NCBI RefSeq assembly: GCF_039654945.1
Contig: NW_027361960.1
Coordinates: 6,696,001 to 6,760,000 of the forward strand
Reading direction: 5' to 3'
Source of the DNA: Dendrobates tinctorius
Taxonomy: Eukaryota
Length of the DNA: 64,000 nucleotides
Positions 36,421 through 48,782 of the stretch are shown here, one piece after another. The first letter of the stretch is position 1, and every line of letters starts with the position of its first letter. The position numbers were made by a program, and so were the translations under genes. The notes beneath the pieces were generated by a model that saw nothing but the letters and a program-made list of their open reading frames with translations, was not told the DNA's origin and did not search any database.

Positions 36421-37348
36421 GGTAGTTCGAGAAGCTTTCTTCAGTTTGAATGGATTAAATCAAGTTACTGAACTTAACTATTTGGATTCATTGAGGGTTT
36501 TCTGTTTGAAAGTATTTGAGACCCTTATTTGCATCGGAGAGCTGCAACCTGGTCTTTTACCACCTACTTCAGACGTTGGTACCAATGATGCTAACATAGC
36601 ACTGACTTCAGAATTTTCTGTTCATCTGTTAAAGTCTCATGAAAGCATAAATGTTTCTCAGAGTTTGAGTAAATTTTATGGTGTCTTGAAAGATGCCTGT
36701 CCAAAGAAAAGAAAGGATTTCGATGTGAAGATAAACACAATAAATATATTTCTCTGTTTGGCCTTTTTGACTGTGAGCAAAGATGCGGAGTCTGATCTTG
36801 AATCAGTCAATGAATCAGAAGACACATCTGGTTATGACAGTACCGCGAGTGAACCACTAAACGTTTTACCAAAGCTAAATGCTGAAAGCTTGTTCTTGCC
36901 TTCACCAGCTCAAATACACCAAGCAGCAGACATTTGGTCTATGTGTTACCGGCTTTACTTGAGAAGTATGTTATTCCAGAAGCAATTCCTTAAGATCGGT
37001 GGCTTTGATTTGTGTTATAAGCTTGTCTGTTTAATGATCAGTAAGTTATGCAGTTTTGAAGACTTTAGTGATGTGAGACTCAAGTCTTCACATTCAGAGG
37101 CATTAAAGCAATGCATAGAAGAAAAATCCAATTTGGAATCCTGTGAGCAGGGGGAAATTTTAATTACAAATCAAGATTACATGATCCTTCCTGATACTCC
37201 GGATGACAAATCAAGTTTGTTGTCTGATGGCAAAACTGATGCTCAGAAGTGGTCATCTGGTGTTGGAAAATTGTTTGAAGCTTTATTATCTATTTGTCTT
37301 CATAGTGCACAAAACAGTCAATATAAGTCCGATTTGGAAACATCTCAG
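36421..37348 (+). CDS. LYST: LYST coding exon (human exon 6 equivalent), 928 nt
   Basis: tttctcctag|G GTA GTT CGA...TCT CAG|gtaaag. R-VVREAFFSLNGLNQVTELNYLD...NESEDTSGYDSTASEP...HQAADIWSMC are LYST motifs. Phases 2 to 0. Confidence 0.96.
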
Positions 37349-37579
37349 GTAAAGCAAATTTTGTTACCGCAATATAAATTTTACTTTAATTTTTGTATTT
37401 ACAATGGTTGGAATTTTGTAGGAATATTAAGATGATCCAGTCAGTTGATTCATTCTGCCTGAACATGCATTCTGAACATCCAACTGCTGCAGATGGCACT
37501 CACTTTGCATGGTGCAGGCTTAGATCTTGAGCATGCATGTGGACCCTACATTCGCTGTATGCCAGGAAGGGATCAATAT

Positions 37580-38536
37580 TATTGATGAGCGAACGTGCTC
37601 GGATAACGTGTTCTCTGAGCATGCATGGGTGTTTTCCTTGTATCTTGGGTGTTCTTGGGTGTTCAAGACCCTGTAGCTGCATGATTTGCAGCTGCTAGAC
37701 ATGCTCAACACATGCGGAGATTGCCTAACAAACATGCAATCCCCATATGTGTTGAGGTTGATTAATAGCCATAAATCATGCAGCTGTAGGTACTTGAACA
37801 TAATATACGAGGATGCCGAAGATACTCTAAGGCTGGAGTCACACTAACCTGCGCAAAATACGGTCAGTAATTTACATGCGTAATACGGATGACAGACCCC
37901 TAAATAGTGCTCCGTATGTCATCCGTAATCAAGGTGTGGTTGCGTATTTTGCGCATGTAAGCATCCGTATGTAATCCGTATGGCATCCGTATGGAGAGAT
38001 TTTCTCGCAGGCTTGCAAAATGGACATATAATGGAGCCCTATGACAGTTTTAATAAAGAAATGAAAGAATAGATATAGACACATAGAATGCATATATATA
38101 TATATTTTTATATTGATATATGTATTCTATGTGTCTATATCTATTCTTTCATTTCTTTATTAAACCTGTCAGTGTGAGTTTACTGTATAGTGCACTGAAT
38201 TGCCGGCTTTGCTAAAAGACACCTGGTGCGTATTTCTCGCAAGTCACATGTGTGGTCCGTGTGTAATGCGTATTTTTTGCGCACCCATAGACTTGCATTG
38301 GCGTACTACGGCCGTAGTACGCTGACAATCGCAGCATGCTGCGAGTGGCACGGAGCGTAGGATACTGAGGAGAAATATACGGCTGGTGCGAGGGACCCCA
38401 TAGAGAATCATTGGTCCGTGTCTAATGCGTGCTTTTAGCGCCTCTCACTCTCCCGTATTCCTCGCCAGTGTGACTCCTGCCTAACACCCGAACACACTCA
38501 GATAAGACCTTATCCGAGCACGTTTGCTCATCACTA
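37580..38536. mobile_element. hAT-type MITE containing a nested Harbinger MITE
   Basis: TSD ATCAATAT / ATCAAGAT (7 of 8 match); TIRs TATTGATGAGCGAACGTGCTCGGATAA / TTATCCGAGCACGTTTGCTCATCACTA. Confidence 0.8.
37831..38481. mobile_element. Harbinger-type MITE with AT-rich central palindrome
   Basis: TAA TSD; GGCTGGAGTCACACT / AGTGTGACTCCTGCC; central hairpin at ~38042-38171. Confidence 0.85.
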
Positions 38537-39417
38537 ATCAAGATTTATTCAACCCATCACCCCCTTTCATATTAAAGCAATTATTTCTCCTTTAAACAGA
38601 AAAAAAGACAGCCATATTTAACAACGCAGGTCAGAAAACAATTGCACTTATCGGATGCTGCAGTCCCAAAACTTAATAAAGGCAGAGGCAACACAGGTGC
38701 AAAATAATGATGAACCACTCACATACTTATCAATTAAGGGGGTGTTTGCTTAGAATTAGAATTGCACACAGATAAGGTTTGTATAGGACACCAGCCACTC
38801 AGAGGTGGTGCATAGTGCTGGCTTACAGCCTATTGGTGAATGCCATACTATTAGATTAGGCAGGCTACCCAGTACTAGATAAGTGCACGCCATAGGGACA
38901 TTCACCCTAGTTTACAAGCTCAACATTGATGGGTTTGGCTGCATCCTGCATAAAAGTGAAAAATGTGCAGTAAATATAAATAGTATGTATGGGGTATTGG
39001 TTGATATTTTGGTCAAAATACACAAGCACGCAACCCACGGCAAGGTTATTCATTGTCTTTCAAGTCTCTACACTAACATCCAAAGCAAAATCGCAGCATA
39101 ATGAGATATACTATAGATTTTTTCTGAAAATAGGCATCTGTATATACCAACACAGGTCAGGTCAGAAAACTAGTGCACCTACAGGATTCAGCAGTGACCG
39201 CCCCTCCTCCTTTTTAAAATTATTTTTCCTTATTGGGAAAAAAACACATAACATCTTAATTTGCGTTTGGGAGAGGCAGGAAGAAAGGTTCGTCGGCACC
39301 TGACTGTAAGTATGCAAATAGCATATGACAGCTTATACTGTGTGTGTTAAGAGGATTCTGAAGTCTACAGTCACATAGCAAGAACACATACTTTCATCGG
39401 AAATCTTGACAACCCCA

Positions 39418-39575
39418 TTATTGTTGTTATTATTTTATTTTTATAGCACCATTGATTCAATGGTGTTATACATGAGAAGGGGTTACATACAATATACAAA
39501 CATAAATTAGTGAACAAACTAACAATGACTGGTACAGAAAAGGGAGGGCCTTGCACTTGTGGACTTATAGTCTAA
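39418..39575 (-). mobile_element. LINE/SINE 3' tail (L2-like)
   Basis: Reverse complement ends ...AACACCATTGAATCAATGGTGCTATAAAAATAAAATAATAA, i.e. a short hairpin plus A-rich tail. Sits inside inverted arms ~39290-39337 / 39656-39695. Confidence 0.45.
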
Positions 39576-40984
39576 TTATAAAACTAAATACTGTAGCATG
39601 CCCAATCCTAAACTTACTGTCAAGACTCAGTTTCAGGGGTCGTTAATATGACCACTCATATGCTATTTGCATACTTACAGTGCCATATAGCTTCTCTTCC
39701 TGCTTCTCTCAATGACAACCCCTTAAATGTACCTAACATAAATACAAATGTAGTAACCACAAATTGTCAGACGGCACAATATTTTAATATGGTTATATAT
39801 CACAAAATTTTACAAGTTATGGAATATATTACATGTGAACCAATAACACCATAAAAATACATTAGCAAAGCCACCAGTAGTACGGAAATACATAACTAGA
39901 ACCCCCATCAGTACAAGAATACATCCGCAGAACCACCATCCTTACATTGTACATCACCAGAATCACCATCAGTACAGGAATACATAACCCGAATCTCCAT
40001 CAGCACAGGAATAAATTACCAGAGCCAAAATTACTATAGTAATACATTACTAAAAACGAACCTTCAGTACACAAATACATCACCAAGCTTAGTATAGCGA
40101 TCAATTGTAATGTTAGGTCAGCCTCATTTACAAATGTATTGCAGGAACTTACAATTCCCATGTTTTTAACATAAGTAAGGAGATGCTGGAAGTTGTTTTC
40201 AGTCATCATCAGATTACAGGAACCACAGTAATGATAAGATGGAGGCAGTGTCAACAATAAACTCATCCAGGTGTCTTATAGGTGATCTAGTCTCTGACTG
40301 GAGTGGTTCTCTTTATTTTTTGCTACATTTTGTCCAGACGCCATCATGATTTTAAAATCCACAGACTCCCCTCTCTTGTCCAGCCTGCTGCACCACATCT
40401 CGACAGCGTGATTATAAAGCTCCTGAATAAAAAATAAATGCCCTACGCTATGCGCCTTAATAACTACCCCTCATTATGCTTCCTGCACAAAATATGACTC
40501 CCTCATTGTTCCTATTATGGTATATAGCCTCCACACTGGCTTCTATTTTCTATACTGCACCTCCTTTTCACATTGTCCCCTCACACTCTCCCCCCCCCCC
40601 AATATGCGGTCGCCTTCATTCTGTGCCCCTACACTGTTTCCCTATGCTTCCATTTCAATTCTGCCACCTCACTACCCAGTCTCGATACTGTACCCCTCCA
40701 TACTATCACTTCACCAACGCCCCATACGTTTCTCCTCCAAGCTGTATCCCCCACACATTACTCCACCTTCTCCCCATATTGTCTCCTCAAACATCCCCTT
40801 CCCCCCCGCAGTCCCATACTGTCTCTTCACTTTTCCCTTTCTCCATGTTTTCTCCCCAAACTCTTCCCCCAACTCTTTACTTCCCCTCACAAGATTTTGG
40901 ATTCTTCAGCTGCATTGGAGTGCTTACGGTACCAACGTTCAACACCTATGTGGTGCAGGAAAGTGAGCAGCATTATTAAATGAT

Positions 40985-43298
40985 CCCTTTCCTGCTGCTG
41001 GTTTCTATATTGATGAAAAACAGAGAACCCAGTTGCATACTAGATGAAAAAATGATTGCACACAATGGGTGCAAACACTCTTGGAATAAAAAAACAACTC
41101 CAAGATAAACATGAACACAGGAGGAAACGGAGTATAAAGGAAAAATAGTACATTTTATTGAACAAACATTATAAAAAGTTACAGCTAAGGTGAAAACAAT
41201 GTGTAAAAGACAAACAGGTAGAGACCAGCCTGAAGCATACAAGAAAAAGCACTTCATACCTAGTGACATGTGTGAGTTGTACTGGGGGAAAGAGAAGCAC
41301 ACCACCTACCCATAGATCAATATCTAAATGCAGCCAAGTTTGCATAAATATAGAGTTGGGGGAGGCACAGGCCGGCCAAAAATGCCAGATGGCAGGACTG
41401 AGACGCGCATTGCAGGTAGAGAATGCCGCTTTATCAAGGAGACAGTAGGTATGGTGGCAAGCAGGATCTTTGTATCTCCATAGAGACCGGTCATGTGGCC
41501 GCCATCTGCTCCATGATGGACAAATGGAATTGGTCCTATGGCGCATGCGTGCCATGCCCCATGAACACGCCCCCGGCTGTCAAGCATCACCACGCATGTG
41601 GGAGGGAAATTGAAGATTCACAGCCCTCGGTCATGCACAGGAGGCGTGTAGATGCCAAAAGGCACGCAGGACAAGCGGTAGTACGCACGTGCACCACAAT
41701 TCCAACTGGAGATGCATTATAGTTAGATGGCAGCATAAGAGAATGGGGTATTTATCCAAGTGGCACATCACTTTAGTAGCCCGCTGTTAGGTAGAAAAAG
41801 TGGGGATCGTGTAAGAAGAGCCCATAATATAATAACAGTACATAACAGATAAAAGGACAAACAGTGATGCTAGCCATAAGCGTTCATTGCCCCTAAAAGG
41901 AAATATACAAGCAAAAATGAAATGAAATGGGAAACAGGATGGGTATAGAAATGAGGAAAAATATTTATATTAGTACATGCAGACCTTTGGGGGTCATGGT
42001 GTCAAGTGTCACTATCCATTTGGGTTCGCATTGGGCTAGGAGTTTTTTGGTATTTCCTCCTCTGATCTCCGTATGGATAGTGTCAAAACCCAGAACCTTG
42101 AATGACCTAGGGTCACAGTTGTGATAATCCTTAAAATGGCGGGGTATTGTTTCGAGATTAGAGGGGTCGACCACTGTCTTGGCTGCAGCAATGTCCGGCA
42201 CATGTTTCCGCACCCACACTCAGAGTTCCCTAGATGTGAAGTTTACATACACCAGTGGACAACTGCCTGTGGCATAGTATATTACATTCATACTACTGCA
42301 CGATATGTGATGTCTAATTTGGAATTGGTTAGATCCATCAGACGAGTCAGATGTGGAGCAGTGGAGGACATTGGTGCAGACAAGACAGTGGCCGCATGAA
42401 AAGCATCCCAGCACTGGTACTTTTGATCCAAAAGGTTTTGATGTGACAGTAACATAGAGATCATTGAGATTTTTAGATCTCGATGTCCTAAGCGGGAAGT
42501 TGCTCAAGAGGGATCCCAGGGAGGGTCCTGTCTTAAGTATGGCCCAATGTTTGACTAGGATGTCCCACATACGTGTCCACTCATGATTAAACGTAGGTAT
42601 GAATTTAATTTTATCATCGGTACCTTTGCCCATGTGTTTCTTTTGATATAAAAGATTGTTACGAGGCGTCGTCCTTGCTCTGTCATAGCTGTGTTTAATA
42701 CATCTATGACTATAACTTCTTTGAATCTTTTTTTTTTTTTTTTTTTAGATCACTGACTTGTGTCTCACATTTATCATCTGATGAACAGCTCCGCCTCATT
42801 CTTAGGAACTGTCCAACCTGGACAGCCCTAATGCTGGCTGGATTGTGAGCAGAGTCTGCATATATCAGGGCATTAACTGAAGAAAGTTTCCTGTAGACAT
42901 CAATCTGAATATAAAGAGTGATGTCCAGGAAATCAACCTTTTTGACGCAATAGTTATATGGAGATAAGAAAAAATGATTACATATTAAAGTATAATAAAA
43001 ACATCCAGGCTGTGCATCCTCCACCTTTGGTAACATGTGCCTTCCCCAACTCTATATGCCCTCTTGGTTGTATTTAGATATTGAACTATGTGTTGGTGGT
43101 GTGCTTCTCTTGCCCCCAGTACAACTCATTCACATGTCAAAAGATATGATGTGCTTTTTCTTGTATGCTTCAGACCGGTCTCTACTTGTTTATTTTTTAC
43201 ACACCAGTTTCATGTTAGTTGTGACTTTTTTATGATGTTTGTTCAATAAAATGTACTATTTTACCTTTATACTCCGTTTCCTCCTGTGTTCATGGTTT
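40985..43298 (-). mobile_element. Penelope-like element (RT thumb plus GIY-YIG endonuclease relic) with inverted pLTR
   Basis: Minus-strand FLDITL...VYRK...GQFLRMRRSCS (42710-43036); LVKHWAILK, CGHCLVC, ISCSSMNVIYY...VYV..TSREL (42220-42633); E-KWIVTLDTMTPKGL (41965-42219). Inverted repeat 41108-41369 / 43036-43298. Confidence 0.88.
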
Positions 43299-43348
43299 CT
43301 ATATTTGTATATGTATCACCTTGCAAGTAAATATGTTTCATAAATGAT

Positions 43349-43814
43349 GTATGCAAGTTGCCTCTTCAGAGGATTTTAGCTGTGCTGCCACCTACAGGAA
43401 GTAGCAATCCTCAAAGTCAATATCGACCCTTTAACAAGTTTTGACACATGACTTAGGATAAACGCCATCCAGGTACTCAATTTGCAGAAACATGTGTCCT
43501 GGTTTTTGCTCTTCCTCAGTGCAAAGCAAGAAATCTGAGAATTGCATTGCCTAGAAATCTCTTTACAGTGGCATGTCAGGCATGTCAATTCCCACATGGA
43601 GAAATGTTAATCCTTAGTCCAATGCCTCTCACCCAGCCAAATTAGATCTTTTTCTTTGCTCTGAGTAGGGGCAATTAACCAAAGCAAGAATATCTGGTTT
43701 GGCTTTTATCCTAAGTCTTGTGGTAAGGCTCAATTTTGACTTTTAGGATTGCTACTTCTAGTAGGTGGCACTAGAATTCAAGTCCTCTTCCTCTCTGAAG
43801 AGGCAATTTGTATA
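43349..43814. mobile_element. Unclassified MITE-like element with ~70-bp inverted ends
   Basis: GCAAGTTGCCTCTTCAGAG...GCCACCTACAGGAAGTAGCAATCCTCAAAGTCAA vs TTGACTTTTAGGATTGCTACTTCTAGTAGGTGGCA...CTGAAGAGGCAATTTG. Confidence 0.6.
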
Positions 43815-44027
43815 TTTTTTGGAGTAGTAATGCATGGTCTAGAAGTCAAACTGACATTTCAGTCCTATCACTCTCCACACAGGGAGATTCCTTAGGTAAT
43901 AAAAAATGGGCAGGATAGGGATGTAGCCTTTTTTAAAATCGATGTAAAATACAATTATTTGCAAGACGAAGTTAGAATTTAACGGATTATATTAGGTAAA
44001 CGCTAACTATCTCTACTTCTCTTGTAG

Positions 44028-44189
44028 AATATCTCTGTCCAACATATTATGCTTAGAATACAGGAGCTACTTGCACATTCAAGAATACTTGAGTCAAAAC
44101 ATTCATCACATATTTTTGATAGCCTTCTGCAAGTGGCTGTGTCAAATGTTCCTTTGCTCTCTGATCCATATGATGAACAAAGTGAAGAG
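44028..44189 (+). CDS. LYST: LYST coding exon (human exon 7 equivalent), 162 nt
   Basis: cttctcttgtag|AAT...GAG|gtaagt. Translates NISVQHIMLRIQELLAHSRILESKHSSHIFDSLLQVAVSNVPLLSDPYDEQSEE, which aligns with LYST NLSV...LFDALLRVAL. Phase 0-0. Confidence 0.9.
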
Positions 44190-44372
44190 GTAAGTGGAAT
44201 TAAAAAATTGTAAAAAAAAAATCAAAACACTGTGCAGAATTATTAGGTAAGTGAGTATTTTGACAGTATTAATAATTTTACGCAGATTTTCAATCTCCAA
44301 GCTGCATAAACTTGAATGCTTATTGGTTTGAAGCAGATCAGTTGATGTGTAATGAGATAAAGTGTGGCTTAA

Positions 44373-45256
44373 TGGGGTTATCTTGTCAAAACTGGTAATT
44401 TTGAAGTTACTGCAGACTGCAGTGTGACTGCAGACCTATTAATCCCCCCCCAGTGCATGCACTGTGCGCTGCAAGGATTTGCCGGTTTCAGACCCGAGAA
44501 CGAAGGGTATGTATAAGTGATGCATACTCCCGAACAATAGGCACAGCCTCGCTTCATAGTGATGCAGTGATGCAGCTGGCCAGTGGACATGGTCGACTAG
44601 AGGGCGTGGCCACGCTCCATTCAAGTGTAAGGAGAGTGAGGTCGCACCAACTGGCCGGGAGTATGTATAATGCCTACATACCCTCTGATCCCCGGTCTGA
44701 AATCGGCAAATCCCCACAGTTCACAGTGCATGTGTTGGGGGGATTCTTAAAGGGAATCTGTCACCCCTTTTTTGAGATATCATATAATGATATCATTCAG
44801 TTGTGTGTCACATAAGGATTCTCTTAGTACTTTTGCTTCCCCCTGACCCCGCACCTATCATGCATAAATACCTTTTTTATATCGGTTCAGATGTATGTAA
44901 ACTGCCACAGTCCGGTCCGATGGGCGGGGCTCATTCAACTGCCCCCCCCCCCCTGTCTTGCTCTACACAAGAAGAAATGCGTAGAGCAAGACAGGGAAAG
45001 GGGGGAGCAGGTGAATAAGCCCCGCCCAGCGGACCGGACCGTGGCAGTTTACATACATCTGAACCGATATAAAATAGGTATTTATGCATGAAAGGTGCGT
45101 TGTCAGGGGGAAGCAAAAGTACTAAGAGAATCCTTATGTGACACACAATTGAATGATATCATTATACGATAGCTCAAAAAAGGGTGACAGATTCCCTTTA
45201 AGTCTGGAGTCACACAGAGTGACTGCAGAATTACCTGTTTTGACCAGATAACCCCT
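44373..45256. mobile_element. T2/Kolobok-type MITE (outer)
   Basis: TTAA at 44369-72 and 45257-60; GGGGTTATCT..TCAAAAC / GTTTTGACCAGATAACCCCT. Confidence 0.75.
44751..45197. mobile_element. T2/Kolobok-type MITE (inner, near-perfect palindrome)
   Basis: TTAA TSD at 44747-50 / 45198-201; AGGGAATCTGTCACCC / GGGTGACAGATTCCCT. Confidence 0.92.
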
Positions 45257-46202
45257 TTAAAGATATCAACACCCTTTATCAAGGTGTTAAGAATTAATAG
45301 ACAGCTTGTTTTCCTTATGCATAACGGGCCAAACAAGAGGATTTAATTGACTCTGGCAATTAAAATTTGTTAAGCTTTACACAGGGATACAGCACTCTTG
45401 AAATTGGTAAGATATTGTAGCATGTCCACAGAACCTTCAAAAGTTTTGTTGCAAATAGTCAAGCGTCGTAAAAAATGTGTTGAGAAAAAGATGCCCATTA
45501 ATTGTCAAAATTGCCTTCAAAATTGAAGTGACCAGGAGCCCATTATCCATAAGTGCTGTCATATTCCAGAACTACAGACAGCCCCCTTTATACCCAGAAG
45601 TATAAAGTTTTCAGTGGAGACATGGCCAAAGCAAGGAAGACTGATACCTAACCACCTCTAAGGAAGACTTAAGTTGAAATTTCGAGACTGGGCCTTGAAA
45701 TATCTGAAGACAGATTTTTCAAAGGTTATTTGGTCCTATGAGATTAGAGTGACTCTTGACAAAAAAAATAAATGAGCTTGTGGCTGGATGAGTAACGGGC
45801 ACAGACCTCCACTTCCATTCAGATGCTAGGAAGATGGAGGTGTGGGATATTGCTATGATATGGTATTATTAAAAATGGGCTGGTTGGACTTTTCATGTTT
45901 TAAATGGACTTAAAAAAAGGTGTCTTCTAAAAACTGTCAGTAGGTTTGGGAGCTGATTTTAAGCAGTGGTACAGGATAAAGTCTTCATGTTTCAAGAAAA
46001 GCATGATATTTATTCATTCAAGGAACTGCCCCATTGCATGGATCAAAGTACTCCACTGCTTGGATATCTAGTAAAAAATAATTACATTTTTCCCTTCCTC
46101 ACCTGACGTAAACCCTATTGAGAACTTGCGGGGCCTTCTTAAATGGGAGATTTATGGTGAAAGAAAACTGTACATCTCTCTGAATTGTATCTTGGAGATT
46201 AT

Positions 46203-48499
46203 CATAGCTCCCGAGCGTCCCGACTCCCGCGGGACAGTCCCGTTTCTGACACCGCTCTCCTGCGTCCCACCCGGGACGGTATTTTTCCCACATTGCACTG
46301 AGCCGCCACGCCACGCCCCCCATCCACCGACGCCATGCTCGCCGTCCCAGATAGACGCACCGCAGCCTGCAATGATGTGGCTGGGCTGTGTGTGTTCTGT
46401 CTGTGCGCAGAGGACCTGTGAGAGGGGAGGGGTCAGGGGTCACATGATCAGGGCCCTCCGTGTCTATGTGGCTGAGCTGTGTGTGTTCTGTGCGCACAGG
46501 ACCTGTGAGAGGGGAGGAGTCAGGGGTCGCATGATCAGGGGCTGTGTCTGCCTCCGTGTCTGTCTGCACTCTGCAGGAGTCTGGTCTCCTGTGCTGGTTG
46601 TCATGCTGGATGAGGTAAAGTTTCTGTGTGGGGTCAGGAGAGGTTTACTGTGTGGATATAGCAGAGCTGCGCGTGTGCGCGGTGTACGGAGCGGAGCCGC
46701 GCGTGTGCGCGTGAGGTGTACGGAGCGGAGCCGCGCGCGTACGAGGTGTACAGAGCGTGCGGAGCTGCTTGTGTACTTGGTGTACGGAGCGGAGCCGCAT
46801 GTGTATGGGGTATGTATGCCGTGTGTGTGCGGAGTGGAGCCATATGTGTACTGGATGTACGGAGCGGAGCCAAGTGTATATGAGGCATACAAAGAGGGCA
46901 TTTCCCACGGACACAGGAGTACACGGCGGTGCCCCAAGGAGCACTTTAAAACTCGCACATGACGTTCCACCGGAAGTGATGTGCTGGAAGCGGAACGGAA
47001 ATGAGGTAATTTCATGAGGAGATTGTGACGGAACCAGGAATGCTTCAGATCCATCACCGTGTCCTCCTCCGATAGCGCGGACAGCAGGAATCACCTTAGA
47101 ATCAGGGATGCTGGCCATGTGAGCGGATCATGATATGTCCTGCACCAGGAGGCTCAGGTGGGCACTTCAATGGGAGTCGGGCTGCTATAGTATCTTTATA
47201 GAATCTTTCTTTCTCTCTGTTTCTTTATTTCTCTGTTCTTTCTTTCTCTCTGTTTCTTTCTCATTCTCTGTTCTGTCTTTCTCTCTCTCTGTTCTTTCTC
47301 TCTCTCTGTTCTTTCTTTCTCTCTGTTCTTTCTTTCCCCTCTTTCTTTCTTTCTTTCTTTCCTCTCTTTCTTTCAGTCTTTCCTCTCTTTCTTTCTTTCT
47401 CTCTGTACTTTCGTTACTTCTTTCAATCCCTCTGTTCTTTCTCAGTCTCTCTCTGTGTTCTTTCTTTCCCCTCTTTCTTTCTTTCTCTCTCTTCTTTCTT
47501 TCTTTCCCATATTTTTCTTTCTCTCTGTTCTTTCTTTCATTTTTTTCTTTTTCTTTCTCTTTCTTTCTCTCTGTTCTTTCTTCCCCTTTTTCTTTCTTTC
47601 TCTTTCTTTCTCTCTCCGTTCTTTCTTCCCCTCTTTCTCGCTATCGATCTGTTCTTTCTTTCCCCCTCTTTCTTTTTCTCTCTGTTCTTTCTTTCTTTTT
47701 TTTTCTCTTTCTTTCTTTCTTTTTCTTTCCCCTCTTTCTTTCTCTCTCCCTCTGTTCTTTTTTTCTGTCCCCTCTTTCTCTCTGTTCTTTCTTTCCCCTC
47801 TTTCTTTCTCTCTTTCTTTCTCTCTATCTGTTCTCTCTCTGTTCTTTCTTTTTTCTTTCCCCTCTTTCTTTCTCTGTGTTCTTTCTCTCTGCTATTTCTT
47901 TCTCTCTCTCTGTTCTTTTTTTCTGTCCCCGCTTTTTTTCTCTCTGTATTCTTTCTTTCTCTCTTTTTCTCTGTTCTTTCTTTATTTCCCCTCTTTACTT
48001 TTCTCTGATCTTTCTCCTTTCTCTCTGTTCTTTCTTTCGCTCTCTGTTCTTTCTTTTTCTCTCTGTTCTTTCTTTCGCTCTCTGTTCTTTCTTTCACTCT
48101 GTTCTTTCTTTCCCCTCTTTCTTTCTCTCTGTTCTTTCTTCATTCTCTCTCTGTTCTTCACTCTGTTCTTTCTCTCTCTCTGTTCTTTCTTTCTCTCTCT
48201 GTTCTTTCTTTCTCTCTCGCTCTCCTTTCTTTCTTTATTTCTATTTTCTTTTTCTCTCTGTTTTCTTTCTTTCTTTTACTTAGTACCAGTCAGTGTACCC
48301 ACATTACCAGCCACTGTGCCCATAATGCCAGCCACTATGCCCCTAATAGCAGTCAGTGTGATCAGCAGTGCTAAATGGGTGCGACTGGGCGTGGACATGG
48401 GTGTGACTAGTCGTGAAATGGGTGTGGTTGGGGCATGGCCTAAAATTTGCAGCAGCGCGCGTTGTCCCTCTTTCCTTTCTTCAAAAGTTGGGAGGTATG
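46203..48499. mobile_element. Non-autonomous hAT element
   Basis: Perfect 8-bp TSD GAGATTAT (46195-202 / 48500-507); TIRs CATAGCTCCC / GGGAGGTATG; no transposase. Confidence 0.88.
47200..48280. repeat. ~1.1-kb polypyrimidine low-complexity tract (TCTCTGTTCTTTCTT variants)
   Basis: Directly visible; source of the spurious F/S/L-rich and K/R/E-rich ORFs. Confidence 0.95.
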
Positions 48500-48689
48500 G
48501 AGATTATGGTTGGCGCTGCTCAAAAAATTTATCGGCAACAGATTAACAAACTGACAGACTCCATGGATAGAAGGCTTGTGACTGTTCTCAAAAAGAAGGG
48601 TGACTACAGTGGAAATTTATTTATTTTTGGGTACATTTCTAATTATAGTGGTTTGATGAAACCACTATATTGTAATCCGAACGCTGCTA

Positions 48690-48780
<91 letters not shown>

Positions 48781-48782
48781 TT
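48690..48782. repeat. Compound microsatellite (CTT)n(ATT)n
   Basis: Directly visible. Confidence 0.98.

Noticed and set aside
38590-39300. Possible additional Penelope-type pLTR remnant (also ~33195-33535)
   Set aside because: Composition is suggestive, but I could not define ends, a TSD or a clear motif, so it is not called.
46099-47118. Several 150-280-aa ORFs on both strands
   Set aside because: Internal degenerate repeats (GTACGGAGCGGAGCC) of a non-autonomous hAT; no transposase or other domain motifs.
47135-48546. Long ORFs of 382 and 363 aa (F/S/L-rich, membrane-like)
   Set aside because: A polypyrimidine tract cannot encode stop codons; there is no real protein signal.
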